From a virus (taxonomy: Duplodnaviria; Caudoviricetes), in IMG/VR virus record IMGVR_UViG_3300028883_000081, positions 1 to 40,668 of that record: 40,668 bases of DNA; one strand, given 5' to 3'. Below the pieces are notes generated by a model that was given only the letters and a program-made list of their open reading frames with translations, was not told where the DNA came from and made no database searches. A program made the translations under genes and the position numbers. Shown one piece after another: positions 35,323 to 40,668 of the stretch (its first letter is position 1; every line of letters begins with the position of its first letter).

Positions 35323-36900
35323 TCACGCCGCCACCTCCACAGCATCCCCCCACACCGGCTGATTCGCACGCGCAATCGCTTCGACCAGCTGGGGTGGCAC
35401 ACTGTTCCCGATCCGCCCGATCACATCGCTTTTCGTGCCGACCAGCACGTACGACTTCGGGAACCCCTGCGCTTCCGCCAGTTCGTGCGGCTGCAGCATC
35501 CGCAGCAGGATATCCGCGATCACATAGGTCTCACCCTTGATTCGGACCGTGACCAGCGCGAAACGGTCCCGAGTCGTAATCGTGTGCATCGGTTCAAACA
35601 GATCCTGCCCCAACCCCTCCCCGTAGTACTTCAACAGGAAGGCCGACACTTCCCCGAAATGCGTACCGCCCGCTGTGATCGTCTGCAACGGGTCACGCGC
35701 ATCCTGCCCGACATTCGACCCCTTCAGCTTCGTCAGGAAGGACGACACCAGCGCGTGACGGGGATTCGTCGAGAGGATGGTGGTCAACGGTTCCTTCATC
35801 GACCGCGCACCCGCACCACCGTTCGACCCATTGTCGATGGTGATCAGGCTTGCCGACACCAACCCCGTTTTCCCCTGTCCACCCGGCATCACCGTGGGCA
35901 TCTGCCCCTTCAGGTCCGCGCCGTCGCTGTTGCCGAAGTGACGGACCAGGTTGGCTGTCACCACCGTGTGATGGTCACGCTGGGTGATCGTGTTCAACGG
36001 ATTCCGCAGATCGTACCCGGTCTTTCCGCCATAGTGCAGGGCCATGAAGGCTGCTGCCTGGTCATCATCCAGCAGAAAGGGATCCTCGGCATCCAGGATG
36101 AAACGCTTCACCCCGCGTGCGATCCGCTGCATCGTCTTTTCTGCCAGGGGACGTTTCACCCCACGCTGATGCCAGGGTGACCGGAAGGCTTTTGCCTCTT
36201 CCGGGTTGGCGAAGATCGAGACCGAAGGAATCGACCAGTCGATGCACTCCGCAGCGGTCCGGTAAGGCTTCGGTCGACCTGGCCCATGCGACGGTTCCGG
36301 CCAGACAATCGGACGGCCGTCACGCCTTGCCACCAGGAAGAAACGCTTCCGCGAGGTCGGTGCCCCGTAATCACACGCACGCAGTTCACGCCACTCCACG
36401 TCATACCCATGCCACCGCAGACGGCTGACATACAAATCAAAGAATTCCCCGCGACGTTCCGGGATCGGCTGACCTTCCTTCGGCTGCCCCTTCTTGTAGA
36501 GCGGCCCCCACTGGCGAAATTCTTCCACATTTTCCAGACCGATCACCAACGGGTGTTGGTCGGTGGCTTTCAGCGCCGCGATCCAACGGACCGCCAGCCA
36601 TGCCAGGCCACGGATCTTCCGGTCCCGCTGGATCGGCCCACCCTTCGCTTTCGAGTGGTCCGTACAGTCCGGCGACAGCCAGAAGAACCCCACCGCACGG
36701 CCCCCGCATGCCTTCAAAGGACTAACGTCCCACACATCTTCCGCGAAGTGCTGCGTGTTCGGATGGTTCGCCTGGTGCATCCGGATCGATCGCAAATCGT
36801 GGTTCACCGCAATGTCGACCGAACGCCCCAACCCACGTTCCAGCCCCAGCGACGCCCCACCCCCGCCCGCAAAATTATCCACCACCAGCAGTTCACTCAT
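35323..36900 (-). CDS. C5 cytosine DNA methyltransferase (phage type)
   Basis: FAGGGG (motif I), SPDC (IV), ENV (VI), GAPTSRKR (VIII), IGNSV (X); repeated PLxTIT units. Confidence 0.95.
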   Translation of the reverse strand: MSELLVVDNFAGGGGASLGLERGLGRSVDIAVNHDLRSIRMHQANHPNTQHFAEDVWDVSPLKACGGRAVGFFWLSPDCTDHSKAKGGPIQRDRKIRGLAWLAVRWIAALKATDQHPLVIGLENVEEFRQWGPLYKKGQPKEGQPIPERRGEFFDLYVSRLRWHGYDVEWRELRACDYGAPTSRKRFFLVARRDGRPIVWPEPSHGPGRPKPYRTAAECIDWSIPSVSIFANPEEAKAFRSPWHQRGVKRPLAEKTMQRIARGVKRFILDAEDPFLLDDDQAAAFMALHYGGKTGYDLRNPLNTITQRDHHTVVTANLVRHFGNSDGADLKGQMPTVMPGGQGKTGLVSASLITIDNGSNGGAGARSMKEPLTTILSTNPRHALVSSFLTKLKGSNVGQDARDPLQTITAGGTHFGEVSAFLLKYYGEGLGQDLFEPMHTITTRDRFALVTVRIKGETYVIADILLRMLQPHELAEAQGFPKSYVLVGTKSDVIGRIGNSVPPQLVEAIARANQPVWGDAVEVAA

Positions 36901-37000
36901 GGGAAAGCCCCGCCAGTTCCTTCACCGTGACCCACGCACCCAGAAGCCAAACTACCGGACCCCACAAGGGGCACAGCAAAACAAGCAACAGTCGTTTCAT
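36893..37000 (-). CDS. small hydrophobic peptide (35 aa; not in ORF track)
   Basis: MKRLLLVLLCPLWGPVVWLLGAWVTVKELAGLSHE*; ATGA-coupled to the upstream ORF with GGAGG RBS; overlaps the MTase start. Confidence 0.55.
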   Translation of the reverse strand: MKRLLLVLLCPLWGPVVWLLGAWVTVKELAGLSHE

Positions 37001-37221
37001 CGATCACCCTCCCGCACCACCATCCCGAACCTCTCCCCTGCAGGAACACCCGGTGCCAGGTACATCGTCCCGACTGGCGAATCGTTTGGCACCAGGCTGG
37101 CCCAACCACGGCGACAGAACCCAGCCAACACCACACCGGACGGTCCAGATAATTCAATACGACCCGCCAGCTCCCCCGCCGTCATCGCCGCCAGACGCAC
37201 CCTCACCCGATCCCCACTCAT
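36997..37221 (-). CDS. hypothetical protein
   Basis: 74 aa, ATGA-coupled on both sides; C-terminus similar to ORF 37898-38023. Confidence 0.6.
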   Translation of the reverse strand: MSGDRVRVRLAAMTAGELAGRIELSGPSGVVLAGFCRRGWASLVPNDSPVGTMYLAPGVPAGERFGMVVREGDR

Positions 37222-37901
37222 GGCCGGGCCTCGACGTGTTCGACCACACCCGATGCGTCCGGTTTACCCCATTCCCTCGTTCGATTCAAGGCAGCCTTGC
37301 GGTTCACCACCTCAGCAAGTGAGGAAACTCCCATCGTGTATGCCAGGTTTGCTATCAACAGCACGACATCCGCCATCTCTTCAGCATCATTCGGGGCAGC
37401 CGTCAGCTCTTCCACTTCACGACGCAGGTGCTCACAGATAGATTCGGGCGTCTGACTTACGAAGGTTTCTGCCGCCCACAGTCCATACGTGCGCACCAAA
37501 TCATCCAGGCCGCCGCGACGATCCAATTCCATCACCCTCTGCATCAGGTACTGGTTCATATCGAGCGATTCCTGCAGCGCATCCATCAGCGCGTTGCGTC
37601 CGTTATTTGTCCGCAACACAGTTCCATACTTCGCCACGCCCATCTCCGACCGTTGACGCAACATCTCGATCAGCTGTTCCGTGACAGGCTCGCCACGTCC
37701 AGTTGGCATCGGTTCAGGCACCGCAGCCGCACGTACCCCAATCCAGAGTTGCACATAGCCCCGTGGTACCAATTCAAGTGTCCCGGGCCTGTCCGGCACT
37801 TCCACAATTCGGTACTTCCCCGCGGCCAGTGCCGAGATAACCGACTGCCGATGTTCCAGCGTCCCCAGTCGCCTTGCCCAACGCGCATCTTCAACCATCA
37901 C
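37218..37901 (-). CDS. dATP/dGTP pyrophosphohydrolase-like (DUF550, MazG-like) fusion protein
   Basis: C-terminal EHLRREVEEL...EEMADV...KAALNRTREW...VEHV; middle RSEMGVAKYGT.L...ALQESLD..QYL domain. Confidence 0.75.
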   Translation of the reverse strand: MMVEDARWARRLGTLEHRQSVISALAAGKYRIVEVPDRPGTLELVPRGYVQLWIGVRAAAVPEPMPTGRGEPVTEQLIEMLRQRSEMGVAKYGTVLRTNNGRNALMDALQESLDMNQYLMQRVMELDRRGGLDDLVRTYGLWAAETFVSQTPESICEHLRREVEELTAAPNDAEEMADVVLLIANLAYTMGVSSLAEVVNRKAALNRTREWGKPDASGVVEHVEARP

Positions 37902-38023
37902 ACACCACCTTCCGATTTCATGTCCACCAGGGGCACCACCATCCCATACTGATCACCTGCAGGCAATCCCGGCACCAGGTACATCGTCTCATCCGGCACA
38001 TCGACCACCAGCAGTTCACTCAC
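37898..38023 (-). CDS. small chimeric ORF (41 aa; not in ORF track)
   Basis: MSELLVVDVPDETMYLVPGLPAGDQYGMVVPLVDMKSEGGV*; GTG start overlapping the upstream stop. Confidence 0.5.
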   Translation of the reverse strand: MSELLVVDVPDETMYLVPGLPAGDQYGMVVPLVDMKSEGGV

Positions 38024-38799
38024 GGCTTTTTGCCTGTCTTAAATTCCTCAATATTGAGATCGATCCTACCAAGGGAACGCACTACACCATTATCAAATAA
38101 GTCTTCATCCCCTTCGACATCGCCCAACAACCCCTCTATGTCATACCTGGCTTGCTGAAGTGCATCAACTACTGTTTTCCGAAGCAATCCAATCCATTCA
38201 CCATCATTCACACGAGCGTCGTTCTTCAGCTGTTCAATCCGCTCCCCGATCGCATCCTCGCTGTACTTCCGAATCGGCAACCCACGGTAAGCCGCATACT
38301 TCAGTTCACGGCTTGTGCTTTCACCGATGTACCCCCCGATATCCACCACGAAGATTTCATCCGCCAGGTCGATCTTCTGCAGATGCAGGGTGTCCATCGC
38401 CGACGCCACCCCCTCATATTCCGCAAGGTGATCAGGGATGTATTCTGTCGAATACCACCAGGGCAGCAGGTGCAATCCCATTGCAATCGCACGTTCATCC
38501 CGTTCGATAAACCAGGCCGCAACCGCCATCTCCTGGCAGAAACGGCTCGAGCCACACAGCACCACCACCTTCGGCTTCGGTCGTTTGGCGAACAAGTCCA
38601 GGCCATCATTGACAATCCGGCTGTAATCCGGGTTATCCTTCAACTCCTTTGCGTCATATTCCATGTAGCGGTCGATCACGTCGCTGTGACGCCACACCCG
38701 ACCCGTCAGCGGATCGACCCGGTAGAATTCATTCCCCACCGTAAACGATGGCAGCGCCGCTATTCGGGCATGTTCTTTATCACCGACATCAACCATCAC
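38020..38799 (-). CDS. nucleoside 2-deoxyribosyltransferase-like domain protein
   Basis: VVLCGSSRF...LHLQKIDLADEIFVVDIGGYIGESTSRELKYA pattern. Confidence 0.7.
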   Translation of the reverse strand: MMVDVGDKEHARIAALPSFTVGNEFYRVDPLTGRVWRHSDVIDRYMEYDAKELKDNPDYSRIVNDGLDLFAKRPKPKVVVLCGSSRFCQEMAVAAWFIERDERAIAMGLHLLPWWYSTEYIPDHLAEYEGVASAMDTLHLQKIDLADEIFVVDIGGYIGESTSRELKYAAYRGLPIRKYSEDAIGERIEQLKNDARVNDGEWIGLLRKTVVDALQQARYDIEGLLGDVEGDEDLFDNGVVRSLGRIDLNIEEFKTGKKP

Positions 38800-38814
38800 A
38801 CACCACCTTCCGAT

Positions 38815-39369
38815 TTATACCCACCCCATCCGAATCCCGACACCCAACGCAGCCAGCAGCAGGATCCGCACACGTGCTACCATCCGACGGTCCGCACGGT
38901 GCGCATACAGAAGCGCTTGCAAGGCCGCTGCCAGACCGTACAGCCCCAGACCCACCCCGTCCACCCAATCACCCCGCCAAAGGATGAACAGGGACGCCAA
39001 AATCGAAAATTCAGCGAAGGCAGCAAGCTGGTTCCTCACCAGGTGACCCACACTGCGGTCCAGATCCAAACCGGGCGTGTAGACATAAACCGACAGGAAG
39101 CCGCGAATCACCCCATAGACAGTCATCACCCCGGCCAGAACCATTTCATCTATCCGGTCCCCAGCAGCGGATCCCAGCAGCATGACCGCGGTCAGGTATT
39201 CGACCCCGACCATGCCGGCACGCATCCCAGCCAGGATCGACCCACGGCCCCAGCGAAAGGCGACCCCATCCTGGACGACCCCCAGAAGCAGCAGGCTTGC
39301 CATCGGGGATGGCCACCACCCCCATATAGCCATCACCCCCGCGAACCAGTACAGCACATGTCCTGTCAT
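38815..39369 (-). CDS. multi-pass membrane protein
   Basis: Several hydrophobic helices; GGAGGA RBS. Confidence 0.65.
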   Translation of the reverse strand: MTGHVLYWFAGVMAIWGWWPSPMASLLLLGVVQDGVAFRWGRGSILAGMRAGMVGVEYLTAVMLLGSAAGDRIDEMVLAGVMTVYGVIRGFLSVYVYTPGLDLDRSVGHLVRNQLAAFAEFSILASLFILWRGDWVDGVGLGLYGLAAALQALLYAHRADRRMVARVRILLLAALGVGIRMGWV

Positions 39370-39438
39370 CCCATCCTCCCGTCGTTGCGCATCCAGCGCC
39401 CTTCCCGGCCCACCGCAGTGGACCAGGAGCGGAACTGA

Positions 39439-39783
39439 CTACACCGCCGCGTAGTGGTTGACATCGTTCATCAGCAATTCCGAACCGGACGTGCAGCTGA
39501 CTTCACCAGCACATTCACCGGGATCCCCGCTGCAGCCATTCTTCATCGCCGTGAACTCGGCACCTGTCACATGCCAGTCGGCATGATTCACGGTCGTTTC
39601 ACCTGGACCGCCCAGGCTCCCAATACCCGGCACAGTCAGCGTGTCCGAGGATCCGGCACCCTGCACACGCAGAACGCCGTCCCCTGCCGAGGCAGCCTCT
39701 TCGAAGGATTGCCCCCCTTCGATTTTGCCACCTTTCGCCACTCGATCCTGCTCGGTCGCAGGCACCAGCCATTTTTTCGCCAT
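39439..39783 (-). CDS. hypothetical Gly-rich protein
   Basis: MAKKWLVP start with GAGGGAAG RBS. Confidence 0.55.
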   Translation of the reverse strand: MAKKWLVPATEQDRVAKGGKIEGGQSFEEAASAGDGVLRVQGAGSSDTLTVPGIGSLGGPGETTVNHADWHVTGAEFTAMKNGCSGDPGECAGEVSCTSGSELLMNDVNHYAAV

Positions 39784-39923
39784 CGTTCTTCCCTCTCGTT
39801 CGTTGCTGTCGATCCACCTGCCCGGCAACTGCCGAACAAGCCCCTGCAAGGTTTTTCTCTGTTTTAGCCGATAGGGTTTATCATCTACCAGCCGAGCTTT
39901 TCGCGCGGAAATTTTTGCCTCTT

Positions 39924-40229
39924 TTACCCCTTTTCAGGCCCCGGATTCGGCCCGATCAGGTCACGGACCGCTGCCCCGGCCTCCTGATCGTCCAGGACGC
40001 CAGTCAAGGCTCGTTCCAGCATCACTTCCACCGGGACCTGGTTGCCCGCCTTGTGGTCAATCGAGATGCAGATCCCGCGATGGGCATCCGCTGTGATCAG
40101 CACCACACTGTTACCCGCGGCCAGGGTTTTCTTCATCCGCTCTTCCACCTCGATGGTGTGCAGCACGATCATCTCGACTCCTTTCCGGTGGATCTGCTGC
40201 GCCCAGTCAGCCCACCCATCGACCGGCAC
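39924..40229 (-). CDS. hypothetical protein (start uncertain)
   Basis: ORF in operon orientation. Confidence 0.45.
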   Translation of the reverse strand: MPVDGWADWAQQIHRKGVEMIVLHTIEVEERMKKTLAAGNSVVLITADAHRGICISIDHKAGNQVPVEVMLERALTGVLDDQEAGAAVRDLIGPNPGPEKG

Positions 40230-40405
40230 TCACGCAGCACCTGGTCCGCCCGACGGTTCGCCAACCAGGTCCGAACCCGAAGGCTGAACTGTCGCACCGC
40301 CAGGTGGAGATTCTCTGCCAGCCGTTCCACCTCGCTAGTGTCGATCCCAACCCTACCCCGTGGCTTCCTGGGCTGCAGCCCTTTTTTCAGGTTCCGTTCC
40401 ATCAT
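40169..40405 (-). CDS. hypothetical basic protein
   Basis: First ORF downstream of the repeat-rich non-coding region. Confidence 0.4.
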   Translation of the reverse strand: MMERNLKKGLQPRKPRGRVGIDTSEVERLAENLHLAVRQFSLRVRTWLANRRADQVLRECRSMGGLTGRSRSTGKESR

Positions 40406-40425
40406 CGATCTCGTTTCGCTTGGTT

Positions 40426-40630
40426 TGTAAACCGATGGGGGCGAAAAATCCCGGGTTCGGTTACCCTGTCAACCATCCCCGGCCCTTCCCGTCCTGCCTT
40501 GCCTCACCCGTCAACCACTCTCCGACCAATGCACCGTTCAGAGATGGTTTCGGAAACCTCCCGTCAACCCGTGGAAACCAATCCACCGTTCCCACTGTCA
40601 ACCACTGCCCGCGATGTCAACCCGTCAAAA
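40426..40630. repeat. cluster of GTCAACC direct repeats
   Basis: GTCAACC at 40468, 40510, 40563, 40597 and 40616, plus GTAAACC (40426) and GTCAAAA (40624). Confidence 0.7.
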
Positions 40631-40668
40631 CCCGCTCAAACTCTCACCCACCGCGCCTCCGCGTGACC

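Larger units (their letters stand above)
1..40668. mobile_element. temperate myophage (lambda-like head, Mu-like tail), partial genome spanning attP
   Basis: Integrase, att core, terminases, head, tail and baseplate modules; no clearly chromosomal genes. Confidence 0.95.

Noticed and set aside
37218-37901. Z-genome (2-aminoadenine) pathway
   Set aside because: A pyrophosphohydrolase-like gene alone is insufficient; no purZ or dedicated polymerase is visible
1-40668. Alternative genetic code
   Set aside because: Core genes are full length under the standard bacterial code and use TAA, TAG and TGA as stops

Overview
Nearly all of this window is a temperate myophage genome (core GC about 60-65% by eye). 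At the left end a tyrosine integrase points at the 3' half of a tRNA-Pro. Phage genes lie on both sides of that fragment, so the window appears to cross an intact attP. The rest is one long minus-strand unit, in transcription order: accessory genes (NDT-like, dATP/dGTP pyrophosphohydrolase-like, C5 methyltransferase), terminase small and large (lambda gpA type), an inserted block (DUF5131, a full DNA polymerase III beta clamp, an AT-rich membrane gene, candidate lysis genes), a lambda-like head, a Mu-like contractile tail and baseplate, a beta-helix tail spike, and an SGNH hydrolase with a T9SS-type C-terminal sorting domain, which suggests an FCB-group host. The most striking unexplained signal is non-coding. 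At least three unrelated families of short palindromic REP-like elements are scattered through the phage, all in one orientation and with compensatory stem changes. Several are translated in frame inside genes, including terS. One family forms four fixed-spacing GTGACWGTCAC doublets that bracket the tail tube gene. A strand-specific structured leader (23-bp stem, GAAA loop), a -1 frameshift in the tail chaperone and several unannotated small peptides are also visible. Product calls come from motif recognition and synteny, not from database searches.
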